Shown in pieces: positions 38,581 through 52,300 of a stretch of DNA of 64,000 nucleotides. Every line of letters begins with the position of its first letter. Position 1 is the first letter of the stretch. Made by a program: the position numbers and the translations under genes. The stretch is from Cycas panzhihuaensis (lineage: Eukaryota; Plantae; Cycadophyta): positions 96,789,741 to 96,853,740 of the forward strand of contig CM041465.1 of assembly GCA_023213395.1 (NCBI GenBank), read 5' to 3'. The notes under the pieces were generated by a model that had not been told where the DNA came from, made no database searches, and was given only the letters and a program-made list of their open reading frames with translations.

Positions 38581-40020
38581 CGCCCTCCTAAAGTTACTTG
38601 AGGAGGAGGAGCAGGCCACCATTAGCTAGTATAGGATAGTGGAGGATGGACAAATTAAGTACCATGGAGTTAATATATTAGCTTTTAGGCAAGCGTAGGA
38701 TATTCCTATGATCCAAAAGGTCATACGATTGATCCTTTTATTTTAGGTGGCATAAATCCAAAATTTTATAGGTTTATTGGGTTAGTGGATGAGTATAGTT
38801 AGATAGTGTAAGATGGAGGTAATATACAACTAGGCTTAGTATATATTAGATAATATACACCATCAATTATCATAGATTTGTCATAATGCTAAAGGTGGAT
38901 TCTCTTACATATCAATTTTATTATAATGGTTACATGAACATATTCCACTCCTTCAACTAGGAGGAACACCCAATGAGCTAACAACAATGGATTCAGTGAT
39001 GAACTAGTGGTGGATGAGATCATAAATACATGTAGAGGGGTGAGCACATACTCTGCATAGATCATTGTTAGATTAGATGACTCATAAACAATAGGTTGCA
39101 AACCCATATGAGGGGATACCCCCATGGTCAAATGATGAGGAGGATGCAGTTATGGCTGGGGAAGGAGGAGGATAAGGAGACAGAGGAGGAGTAGGTGATA
39201 AGGTAGTAAGAGAGGATAAAGGAGCACCACCTCCTCCACTAGAAGGAGGAGGAGGAGGAGGAGGAGGAGAGGTTGCCCATAGGGGTAGTGATGGCGACGT
39301 TAAGGGGGAGAGAGCTCCTATGGGAGGAGATGGAGTTGGTGAGCCAACTCAAGGAGGTGATGTGGGAGGAGACAAAGCTAGTAGAGAGAGTTTCATGGAT
39401 GGAGAGTATTTAGAGGAGGTGATTAGACCAAGGATAGTTATTAAGGTGGTGAAGGGTGGACACATAAACAATGATATGTGTAATTTTATGTATTATTTTA
39501 GGTGTTACATAATAATAGTCTATTGTTATGTAATTGATTTATGTTGATGGGATGACTAATTAGTTTGATGTTTCATTGTATGTATAGATGGAGATAAATT
39601 GGATGGGGGCTTTATAAGGCATATACTTGATGGCTGGCTATCATTTGGATATGGACTAGGGAAGACACTAGCATCGTTTGATGGGGATGCACAATTTTTG
39701 GGGTCATATACTTAGCATTTTGCCCCTACTATTAGAGCTCGAGATTTGTATAGGGCATTAGAGGCCTATATGCCAATATGAAAGGCCTAGATGATGGTAC
39801 GAGAGGCTAAGTTACAAGGATAATTAGCAGCTTGTGAGGAAGAGGTGAAGGGTTTAGAGGTGCTACTTAAAGCTATAGATGATGAGAGGCCACACCTTAA
39901 GAGGATGTCAATCTTATAGGCTAGTGGATGACTCACCCCTTCAACTAGCTAGAGTATATAATAAGGATGCACCTACACATAAAGAGGAGAGGACTTTCAT
40001 GGTCATGGATGCCTAAGAGA
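38581..40020 (+). pseudogene. Plant mobile domain (PMD)-like gene relic, antisense to H, with a probable intron at ~39478-39587; 5' end cut by D
   Basis: YN*A*YILDNIHHQL...FSYISILL*WLHEHIPLLQL...MN*W...RSLLD*MTHKQ*VANPYEG; Gly/Pro-rich linker; AT-rich GT...ctaat...TAG segment; coiled-coil-like tail. Confidence 0.65.
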
Positions 40021-40315
40021 GGGAGATTAGGGGAGCTTTAGGCAATTATGATATTTATTATGATTATTTCCCCTATTAACATAGGTGGTCATTGATGTAT
40101 AGTGTTGTATTACATGATTGATGTACACTATATATTATTCTTCTCATATATCTATCTATCTATCTAAATACATATACACACACATATACACAGACATAGA
40201 CACACATACACATATAATTTTATTATGATGTATACATGATGCATGTGGTTTGATGACTTTAAACCTTGATGATATTCCCTCCCATGATCCCTAAATGTGT
40301 TGGTTTCATATTGTG

Positions 40316-40317
<2 letters not shown>

Positions 40318-40352
<35 letters not shown>
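40318..40352. repeat. (CT)n microsatellite
   Basis: Direct reading; also (GGA)n at 39245-39270 and (TA)n at 41521-41552. Confidence 0.95.
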
Positions 40353-40355
<3 letters not shown>

Positions 40356-40769
40356 AACAACATTGATATTTTGTAAGTTAGTGCTTTTGAGCTATGTATA
40401 AGTATGACATGTGATGCATTTATAATTTTGTAAAAGCTTAGTAATGGATAGTTTAATATTAGTTTATATTCATCTAGGAGTATTGGATTAAATGTTGTAA
40501 CTGCCATAATTTATACTCATTAATAGTCATATTCTTTTTTGGAGTCATAATTTATCCTCACTACAAAAGGGAGAGTCTATTATAGGGAATGAAGATCACT
40601 ACCATAGTTTATACTCATTAGTAGGTGTGATTTCAAAATCATAGTTTCTTCTCATTGTGGAGAAATATAAAGTTTATTTGTACAAAGTGAAACAACCATT
40701 TTGACTTATAAATAAGAAGCAAAGTCCCCCTAAATTAGGCTTATGGATGATGGTGTTCAATTATATAGG

Positions 40770-41140
40770 AGACAAGAGTGGCGGCTTTAACATTTTAGGT
40801 TCTTAGAATATGTTAAATAGTATCACTAGAAAATTATGATAACAAGATGGTCACTTAGTTGAGTAGGGAGCATAAATAGGTAGAGTGAGTCTAATAAACT
40901 TGGGTGAGTTTATAAACTAGGATCTAAGAATCTAAGAAAAATTTTATTGGTTTATCATGAAAGCCAAGAACATCTAAGAGAGCTCTAATAATGACAAAGT
41001 ATTCAACTTCATTATTAGTTGCTCAAGAAATGAAGAAACCAACACTAGTGAGAAGGGTTCTCCTATGATCATGGATAATCCAGGATGAAGTGGTAATTCT
41101 AGGGTTCCTTCATTTCTTACCATCAATATAGATGTTCAAG
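40770..41140 (-). pseudogene. aRH relic of element H
   Basis: TLNIYIDG...NPRITTSSWII...ATNNEVEYFVIIRALLD...FFLDS*ILVYKL...HILRT*NVKAATL. Confidence 0.85.
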
Positions 41141-41517
41141 GTCCTAGTAGGGAATAATACAAGTATAGAGGCTAAATGACAAATATGGGGAAGGTGTGAG
41201 AATAAACTTGTCAAGGATGTGACTTATTCTTAATGTAAACAGGGGCTTTGTAGTTTGGATTTATCATAAGAATTACTTTTTCTTGAGTCAAAGTATAACC
41301 TTACATGTGTTGAATAGGTTTTGATCATAATATAGGTCATACGAAGACCAAACAATTGGATCCAAAGTTCTTATATGATGTAGATAACTAGATCCAGACT
41401 ATATATTATAGGTAGGAACAAAGTCAACATGTAACTTTCCCTAGATGCCAAGAGGGTGCTAACTGACCATATACAATTATGTATATGATTTTTTTTTTCT
41501 TTTTGTCTTTTTCATTT

Positions 41518-41555
<38 letters not shown>

Positions 41556-42508
41556 GAAGGGTATCACTCTATATGATAGTTCAAATGAGGGTCATGGTGA
41601 ACTTAGCATTATTGTATCTACTTTTTAAGTAACTCATCTCATCCACTCTTATGCTTGTTAAGGAACAAGTGACTACGACTATCATGTGATCTTCATCGAG
41701 ATATAGTGGATGGGGATGACTTGTAACTTAGGAGAGTATGGTTATAATCAACCAAACCATGGGGGAGTATAGTTCTAGGAGATATAAGGAAATGACTAAC
41801 ATCATACCTATGAGAGAAGAACCATGTATATATAAGATGTTCAATCAAAGTATCTTTGTGAAAAAGGGATTGATGTTGAACACCTTATTATCGAGGAGCA
41901 AGAGGTTATTACTAGTGAAATTTGTCTTAGTATTAAGTATTTGATAAATCATGGGAGAGATCAGATGAGTAGAGGTTACTTCTATAAGTGAGACTTTGAT
42001 AGCTTATGAGGTGTATTGCATCAACTATTTTGGAACTTAAAGACCATTTGGTTATTGAGAAAATAAAGAAAGCTTAAAGGTTGTCACACATATTGATACC
42101 TATCCTAGAGTAAAGTGGAATGACTTGAGTGTTGTAAAACACTAGATGAAGAATCCAATTAGTTTATGCCAATAATTAGAGGCCATCACAATAAGCCAAA
42201 GTTGAGGGAGGACAAGGGAATAATGCAAGCATGTGTATTTTTGGCTTTTGATGATTTTATGATCTTTTGTATAAGGTATATATACTTAGTTTAAACTCAT
42301 TTTCAGAGTATATAAAGCCCTTGGAGAGAGAAATCAAAGTAGTGCCAAGAAAAGGGTGACATGCCTCTGATTAGGAGAAAGAAACTAAGAAGGATTAATG
42401 ATTTCATTCCCATAGATATGAGGTTAGTTGATTTAATAAATGAATAAATCCATTAAATAAATCAACTGACATCAGGATTTAAATTATATTAGTTTCCCTT
42501 AAAATAGA

Positions 42509-42658
42509 TGTTAGGATACCACTCCTTAATGATAATTTCACACCAATATAATAAGCAAATAACTCCAAAAAGAGCACTTGTGTTGTAATACCCTTTGAGG
42601 GGGGAACCTCCCAATTACATGCAATAACAATAACATTTAAGATACCATACTCTAAGGA

Positions 42659-42721
<63 letters not shown>

Positions 42722-42929
42722 TCTATACTCACTACACAACCTCCTCCTTATGCATGTGGGATATTACATAAATATATATAGTGCTCAATGACCACTACAC
42801 AACCTTCTACTTATACATGTGGGATATTAAGAAAAGGTAAGTATAAGAAATAAAAGATATAAGAGAGAGAAGAAGTAGAAGATATAAGAGAATATAAGAG
42901 AAGGTAAGTTAGGGGTTAGATCCCTAACA
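42509..42929 (-). repeat. 3' LTR of element G, with (TC)14(AT)14
   Basis: TGTTAGG...CCTAACA. Confidence 0.95.
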
Positions 42930-42949
42930 AAATCCCCCCCTTAAAAAAG

Positions 42950-45900
42950 CTTTACCCTCAAATCTTGGTGATCTCAGGGTGCTCTAAGATAAATTGCTCA
43001 TTTTCCTAGGTTGTATCTTCTTATGGAAGTTGTTTCCATTTGATAAGAGACTCAATGATTTACCTAGATCATAGATGTCAAATTCTTCATTCAATGATAT
43101 ATTCTAGAATGAGTTGAAGTTGACCCTTCTTATTTAAGATAGGTAATTCTGTTTGAACTTGTACATGTTGCCCAATTACCCTCTTGAGACATGAAACATG
43201 AAAGATATTATGGATCCTTGATAGTGGTAGTAAGTCTAAGGTATATGTAACTTCACCAATCTTCTTGAGAATTTTGTAAGGCCCATAAAATTGAAGTTGT
43301 AATTTATGTTGCCCATCCTGTTCAAGAGATGCCTATTTATATGGTTACAACTGTAAGTATACCCAATCACTTGGTTGAAATGTTTGTTCACTTTGCCCTT
43401 TATCTACCTATTATTTCATCTGATTTTATGCAAGGCTTAAATTTTCCTTGAGTAGCTTAGGAATTTATGTTATTTGTTGGATGTGGTCCTTGACTTCTTG
43501 AATCTTAGAACTAATTATGGCATAGTTCTTAAGTGTGGGTGGTTTATAGTTATATAATGCTTGGAACAGAGTCATTTCTACTGATGCATGCTAGGTTATA
43601 TTATACCACCATTCTACTAAAGGAAGCCAATGATGCCACTGCCCCTACTTATCTGAAGCACAATAACGAAGGTATCCTTTAAGGCACTTATTAACCACCT
43701 CAATTTGACCATCTATTTGTGGATGGTAGGATGAGCTCATTGTTAGTTTAGTACCAAGTAGATGGAATAATTTTGTCTAAAAGTTACTAGTAAACTTGGG
43801 GTCCTGATCACTGACTATGCATTTAGGCATGCCATGCAGCTTGTGTGTATCCTTTAAAAATATCTTAGTAATTTACTTTACCTTATATGTGGCTTAAATT
43901 CCACAAAAATGAGCATATTTAGTTAGCCTATCAATACCCATCAGTATAGCATCTTTTCCTTCTGACTTGGACAGACCCACAATGAAGTCCATAGAAGTTT
44001 CTTCCCATCGTTGATTTGGTATGGGAAGGGGTTGCAACAATCTTAGAGACTTGACTGTTTCTATCTTCTATCATTGACAAATTTTACATAAGGAAATATA
44101 TCTCTTTACATCTCCTTTTTGCCCCTTCGAAAAGAAAGACTATTTTAAGCAGTGGTATGTTCATAGGAACCTTGAGTGACGTGATATTCGAGAGGCATGT
44201 GCATCATGTAAAATTTGCTCCTTAAGGCTAGAGTCAAGGTATATATATATTTGATTCTTATACCAAAGAATATTTGAAGACCATGTATAATGGGTTGAAT
44301 GCCCTACTCTATCTTGAAGGTCTTGAATAATCTAATTATAAAGAAGTCTTGATTCCATTCTTACTTGGCGACTGCTATCCAAGAAGGATTGACTATCATG
44401 ATAGAATATAGTGTAGAGCCTTCTTCGTTACGAGATAAAGCATCAACAATTATATTATCCTTGACTTTTTTATATATGATTTCAAAGTCAAAAGATTTCA
44501 TTTTGGTGACCCATTTTTGTTGTTCCTCAGATGTCGTCCTTTGAGATAGGAAATATTTTAAGTTATTATCATCTGTTTTAATTTGGAAATGTGTTCCCAA
44601 TAAATATTATCACTATTTCCTAACTATATGAAGAATTGCTAACTTCTCCTTGTCATAGGTGGATTTGACCTGTTCCTTGGGTGTAAGTTGACAACTTTCA
44701 AAGGCCAAAGGTTTTCCTTCTTGTATTAAGATTGCTCTAATACCTTGCCCTAATGTATCACATTCAATGGTGAAGGTATTTATAAAGTTTGGTGTTACAA
44801 GGACCAGTGTGGTAGTTAAAGCCAACTTTAGGTATTCAAATGCTTCAAAGGCCTTATCATTCCAATGAAAGGAATTATTTTCTAACAAGCTAATTAAAGG
44901 GGAAGCAATCTTTACATAGCCATGAACAAACTTTCAATAATATCCTATGATTCCTAAGAATCCACGAAGGCCCTTAATGTTTTTGGGTTTAGGCCAGTTT
45001 GTAATAACTGCAATTTTTTTAGGATTCACCTTGACTCCTTCTTGAGAGATAATATGGCTCAAATATTCTATTTCTGTTTGCCTAAATTAACATTTTAATT
45101 TTTTTGCATAAAGTTGGTTATCTGCAAGTGCCTGTAATGCCTTATCAACACAATGAAGATGGTCTTCCCATATATGACTGAAGATCAGAATGTCATAAAA
45201 AAAGACTAACATGAACTTCCTTAAGTAAGGTAGAAAGAGTTTATCCATGAGTCCTTGAAAGGTGGATGGGGCATTAGTTAAGCTAAATGACATGACTAAA
45301 AATTCATAATGACCTTCATGTGTACAAAATACCATTTTATAAACATCCTCTATCTTAATCCTAATTTGATGGTATCCTGACCACAAGTCTAATGATGTGA
45401 AGAACATTGCTCCATGGAGTTCATTCAAGAGTTCATCGATGACTAGTATAAGAAATTTATTCTTGATAGTTATCTTATTGAGCTTGCAGTAGTCTATACA
45501 TATGTGAAATGAGCCATCCTTTTTTCTTACTAAAATCATTGGGGCAGAAAAAGTGCTTTTACTTTCCCTAATAAGACTAGCATTAAGGAGTTCTTGAACT
45601 AGTCATTCGATTTCATTCTTTTGCTAGTAGGGATACCGGTATGGTTGAATACAAGGAGGATTACTTCTAGCTACTAGGTCAATGCTATGATCTTGGTCAC
45701 ATACTAGGGGAAGACCTTGAAGAATATCCTGAAAGACCTAGTTGTGGTGGTGAAGTACCAATTTTAAGTCATTTAGTATACCATCATCTTGGAGAATGTC
45801 CCCTTCTGCTGGAAGTTCTTGACCTTCCAAAGCATAACATTTGACAATGATTCCTGTAACACCCCTTTTAATGAGCCTCTCTATATGGCATGGGTTGATT

Positions 45901-47320
45901 ATTTGGGTTAGCAGAGGAATGATCCCATTCAATTAATAGTCAATTCCTTTAGAAGTAAATCAGATGAAGAGCTCTTGCATATTTAGTTGAATGGTCCCTA
46001 GTGGTTTGAGCCATTGTACCCCTAATACAGTATCAACTCCTCTAACGGGGATGGCATACATAGAAGTGGAGAGGTGATAGTCACCCATTTACAACTTGAT
46101 ATTGTGACATTTTCCTCCACAAGCGAGTGTCCCTCCATTAGCTACCATAACCTAAAATTTTTTGATAGGATATAGAAAACAATTGAATTCTTTAGCAAGT
46201 TTTCAATTAATAAAATTATGGATGCTCCCAGAATCTATGAGGAAAACCACCTTTCTTTTCTTAATGTACCTAATAAGTTTGAGTGTTTGAGGGGCTACAA
46301 TTCCAACTAGGGCATGCATAGATATAGTAGCAATATCTTCTTCTTCCTTCTTAAGTTGGTTACAATCATTATTTTCTAGCTCTAATGAGGCTTCTTCTAC
46401 TGGTTCATCATCTTAAACATCCTCAATTATAAATAAGCATTGTTCAGGACACTTGTGGTCTTTATTCCACATTTGGTTACAACAAAAATATAACCCTTTC
46501 AATTGTTTCTCATCCATCTCTTAAGAAGTCATTCATCATATACCAGGAACCTGAAATTGTGGTCGCTTTTCTGGGAATATTCGTTGGAGGGGTTGGGATG
46601 CCTTATTTTTTACTTCAATATGTAGAGTAAAATTAATAGCTATAGAGATGTTATATTTTAAGAGTTATAACTCATATATGATGTCATATTGTAACCCATT
46701 AATATGCAACTTAAGTAATTTATTTTGACAAAGACCATTAACCCTTGTAGAGAGACATTGATATTCTGTTGTATAAGCTGAAATAGTCCCCTCTTGTCTG
46801 ATGTTAGCTAACTGATTAAAGTGGTCATGATCCTAGGTACTATCATATTGAGCTATAAGATCCTTGACAAAACCCTCCCATTGATAACTAAGCCCGCCAG
46901 TTGTTTTCATAACCCATTGGTACCATTGGTAGGGTTCAATTTCCATTTGTAAAGAAGCGAGAGGGATCTTCTTATCTACTAGAACTTGATAAAGAGAAAA
47001 GTATTGTTTCATTTGGGTGATCGAGGTATGTACATCTATGCCATTGAACTTCTTGATTTCTACCTTGGAAAGGAAGTTTGGATGAAAGCGCCTACCATCA
47101 TTACCTTCATCTTCTTTAGTAAAGTGACCTCCACCCATATAAGTAGTATCATCAAAGTCAATCTTTTCTTCCTTAAAAGGTTTCATAGATGTGAGCTGTA
47201 GCATTACTGTTTCAAAATTTTCATTAAAATCATTTTGGATTTGTAATATATCTCCTCAAAGTTATGTGACAACATCATTGAGATCTTGAGTCCAACTTAG
47301 GTTCATCTTAGGGGCCATTA
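42950..47320 (-). pseudogene. gag-pol relic of G
   Basis: Gag KVEIKKFNG; RT LVRKKDGS...DLWSGYHQIR; RH FTIECDTLG; INT; chromodomain-like LIKWKQLP*EDTT*E at ~43010-43050. Confidence 0.92.
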
Positions 47321-48230
47321 GTTCATAAGACCTAAGTTGAATCCTAGTTGGTAAATGTGAATGAAAAGGACTTGACGGGGTGTCTATTGACTATTATCCC
47401 CAATATTTTATAATAAGGAAATATGGATTTTTTTGCTTTTTTACTTCTTTTTTCTTTTCTTTTTTTTTATTTTTGCTTTTTGCTTTTTAGTTACTAGTTG
47501 GCTGACTGACTACGTATGTATGAGCTAATGACAAACTGGCTATACATACTAGATTTAATAAATTAATGATTACTGACTCACTAACTGACTAAGTGTACAC
47601 AAACCACTAATACACTAACCAGGTATACTAGGTATGGGCTTATCTAGTTTGTACGCCCTCTAATATACTTATCCCAGTCATAAATAGTATCAACTTATAG
47701 AGGCAAACACTCTACTCTATAGTTGTACTACCTTATCTCTAGGGTACGTGGAGAGTAACTTTTAAGGGCTAACCGCTTACCAGTGCACTACAAATTATAG
47801 AAGGTTGATAGGTTTCCTATGGTTACCTATACTAAGAAGGCCTATCTAGGGGGTCCTCTTATATATCCATAGGTACGTGGAGGCATAATTCTATAGCTAA
47901 GTTTTGTCTAAGGCTTGATTTAGGAGTGTGATCTCTAGTCCTTCACATAAGGGATGGGAAAACCATAATGTGCTTAGCCTAAAATGACAGATCCTTGTGA
48001 TATTTATAGAACCCTAGCAAAGGGTCTCTATTTAAATGCAAAAGAAAACTACCTCATGGTAGTGTTGGGGTAGCTACCTGATTGTAATGTTATCTACCCT
48101 AAAAAAGTAAAGTAACTAAATGGAAATTAAATGAGAATAGGTATTGATGAGAAAAAACTGATGAAAAAAAATGATTATTTAGTATTTTTGACTCTCTCAC
48201 AAGGAATGGATTAACCGCTCTGACACCACT

Positions 48231-48732
<502 letters not shown>

Positions 48733-49319
48733 ATAGAAACTAGACCTAACTTAAATATATTCAAGGAAGATCATATGAATAACAATTGACATGGGAAAAC
48801 TCTAGATGACTAGTGTTTATATCGTACTTCTAAAAAGAAACTTGTTACTTATGAGGTGGATGGGTAGACTCACTTAACATGGGGTAGACTCACTTAACAT
48901 GTAACTAGTTTCTAGAATATATTGGATTCTTCCTTGGTTGTTCTTAGAGACAGGAGGCTTTAAGGGACTTACCCCCTGTGAAGGTTCTCCTTAGCCCATA
49001 ATTCTCACCTAGGTCTATCTTTCCTAGTGCTTCCTTCTATTATTAAGTTTATCAAACTTGTATTACCAAGACTTATGATTTTAGCCTCCAAGGTCTATAA
49101 AAGATTAAGCCTTATATAAGTGTAATAGCTTTCAAGCATTGAACCTAAGAGGGAAAAACTAGATCACAAGCTCATTACAAAGTATGAATAATCTATCCTT
49201 ATTTTGGAGCCATGACCTCTAGGTTTGAGAGTTAGAGCAATGGATTTGGCTTGCCATAGTTTAAACTCATTCGTAGGAAAAATTTTGGAGTCATAGTTTA
49301 TACTCTTTATAAAGTAGGA

Positions 49320-52300
49320 TTAAGCATGGTTATTCCTTAGGAATTGAGAGGTAACTAGTTTTTAAAATTCTAGTCCAAAGACAATAGGCCCTATTATTTA
49401 GATCTTTAATAATTAAATAGGGACGTACCTATTTGGAATCAAAATTTTATTTATTTTTATATAAATATTCAAGTTTAAGAGCTTTATCCTCCACATGAAA
49501 TTTCTTAGATATCAAATGTCTATCATAAGCCACCTGGATGCGATGTTTTGAGGTGAGATTCTTTTGATGGGCATCGAGGTAGGTTTCATCCATTTTCTCT
49601 AATTCTAAGAGTCTTGCTTGTCTCAACCATTCTTTATTAGTGAAGTGTTTAAAGGCAATTCTTAACAAGGGGATTTTTGTTTCTAAGGCAAGTATAAGTT
49701 TAGTTCCATAGACTAATGAAAAAGTAGCCATTCCTATTATTATTCTAATTAAAGTACAATAAGCCCATATAGTAGGGTAGAATTGGCTATGCTAATCTCA
49801 TTGTGAGTCATCAACTATCTTGGCTAAGGCTTTTGTTAAGGTCTTATTAAATACCTTAATTTGATCATTGGCCTATGGGTAATAATGGGATAATATCCTT
49901 CCTATGGGTGATATGGAATCTGTCATAGAGTTTGTCGACCTTATTATTACAAAATAAAGAGCCATTGTTTATAATAAAAACATCAAGAATCCTAAAATGG
50001 AAAATCATATATTGGAAGATAAAAGTAGTAATTTCTTTGCTAGTGGTATAAGTTAGGGGGTTTACTTCACTCTATTTTGTGAAGTACTTAGTAGCAGTTA
50101 GGATGAACTTGTGACCAACAAAGGATAGGGGATAAATTTGATCTATAAGATCAAGGCCCCATTATGAAAAATGCCAAGGAGCAAGGATCAACCTAAGTGA
50201 GGTAGATGGTTGATGAATCAAGGAGGAGTGTGCTTAGTATTTTCCACACCTCTATACATACATGTATGTATCTTTGGATAAAGATGGCCAATAATAGCCC
50301 ATTCAAAGGATTTAAAGGATTATCGATTGACCATTAAAATAACCACTATAGATGTCATCATGGCATTCCACTAGAGCAATTTGAGCCTCTAAAGCAGAGA
50401 TATATCTTAAAATGACTCCATTAAAAGAGCATTTATATAATACATTATCAAGGAGAAGATATTGATAGGTAGGGGTTCTTATCCTTTTTCATTTTTTAGA
50501 GCTAGCATGAGCTGGGTAGATTTGGTCAGTTAGATAATCCCAAATGTCTTCATATCACTTATGATTGATAAGGGCAGTTTCAACTTATAGAATATGTTCA
50601 TATAGAAGGAGATCATTAACACTTATGGAATTATGATTAGGTAATGGTATTGCATCAAGTTGTTTAGCAACTACTAATCCTTTATTGGATTTATAATTAA
50701 CCACCCTTAAATCAAACTCTTATAGAAGAAGGGGCCATTTATCAGCTTATCCCATTAAATCTACCTTAGTTAATAATAGATAATTTTGGTCAATTTTGCC
50801 TATAGTAAGAGTTGTGTTACTTACCAAGTAATGATAAAGTTTCTTCATAGCATAAACCAAGGCCAAACTTTCTTTCTCAGAAGATGACTAGTCAAGTTCA
50901 ATAGTTACTAAGGTGTAATTAATGAAGTAAATTATATATTCCTTGGTAAATTTGTCTTCTTAGACTAACATTATGCCCAAGGATTTCTTATTAGAAGAAG
51001 TATAAAGGATGAAGGGTTTGTCAAAGTGAGGTGGGGTAAGAATGGGAGTTGAAATAAGAGCTTGTTTCAACTTATCAAAAGATTCCTATGTGGCTAAAGT
51101 CTATTTAATAAGTACATCCTTCTTAAGAATATTAGTTAAGGGTTTGACATTTAAATCAAAGCTAATTATAAAACATCTTAAGGAATTAAGCCTACCTAAG
51201 AAGGATTTAGCTTGTTTTTAGGTACAAGAAAGTGCCATATCTATAATGGCTATAACTTTGCTAGGGTCAACTCTAATACCATCTCTAAAGTGGTGTTGCC
51301 TAGCATTTTTCTAGAGGCAATTGCAAATACATATTTATTAGGGTTTAAGTAAAATTAATACCTCTTCTATCATACAAAAGTTATTCTCAGGTCTTGGACA
51401 TGGTCTTTTCAATGGTATGATAGGGCTAATATATCATCAAGATATACAACAATGGTGTATCCTAATAGATCATAGAAAATAAAAACCATGGCTTATTGAT
51501 AGGTTGCTCCAACATTTTTAAGGCCAAAGGGCATAACTTTAAACATAAATGTGCCCCAAGGATTAGTGAAAGTAGTCTTACATTAGTCTTTAAGGGAGAT
51601 AAGAATCTAATTATATCCTAAAAAACCATCCATAAGGAACATTACTTCAAAACCAACTATTTAGTCCCAAATTTAATTAATAAAAGAGAGTGGAAAATTC
51701 TCTTTGGGATAGAAGTCATTTATGTTGTAAAAATCAACATATATATATATGGGACATTTCCTTTTAGCCACATGAATGATATCAATTGATTTAATGAACC
51801 CCACCTTGAGAAATATTTTGACTTCTCATTTAATGGCAGCAGATAATTGTGGATGGATGGGTCATTACTTTTGACATTTGGGTTTGGTACTAGGTAAGGT
51901 TGTAATATTGTTAGATACAACTTTAGGCTAAAGGCCTTTCATGTCAAAATAGTCCCACACAAAAACAAAGGAGAATTCAATGAAGAGATTACATAATTGC
52001 TCAATTTACAAGGGAGAATAGGTAGCACCAACCTTGATTATCTTAGGTTCTTCTTGAGTTCTTATGTTTATATTGATGGTGTCTTCTACTAGCAATGTAT
52101 TTCCTTCTTCAAAATGGAGAGGAATTGGATCAAGAGGTAATATAGAAGGGGAATATTGATGGTCATAAGTGGATGAGAAGGGATCCAAGTGAATACATTT
52201 TACAAACCCTAATTTATGATGGTTGAGTTCTAGATTGGGTGAGGATCCTGTTAAATACTCAAGAATTACTTTATCATTCCAAAAATGATCTAGTTGAAAG

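Noticed and set aside
40600-40625. Hammerhead ribozyme core (ctaatgag...aaac on the - strand)
   Set aside because: No stem II and no consistent GAAA or flanking helices in any motif copy.
48861-48900. 20-bp tandem duplication (also a ~19-bp one at ~8612-8650)
   Set aside because: Ordinary local slippage or repair duplications.
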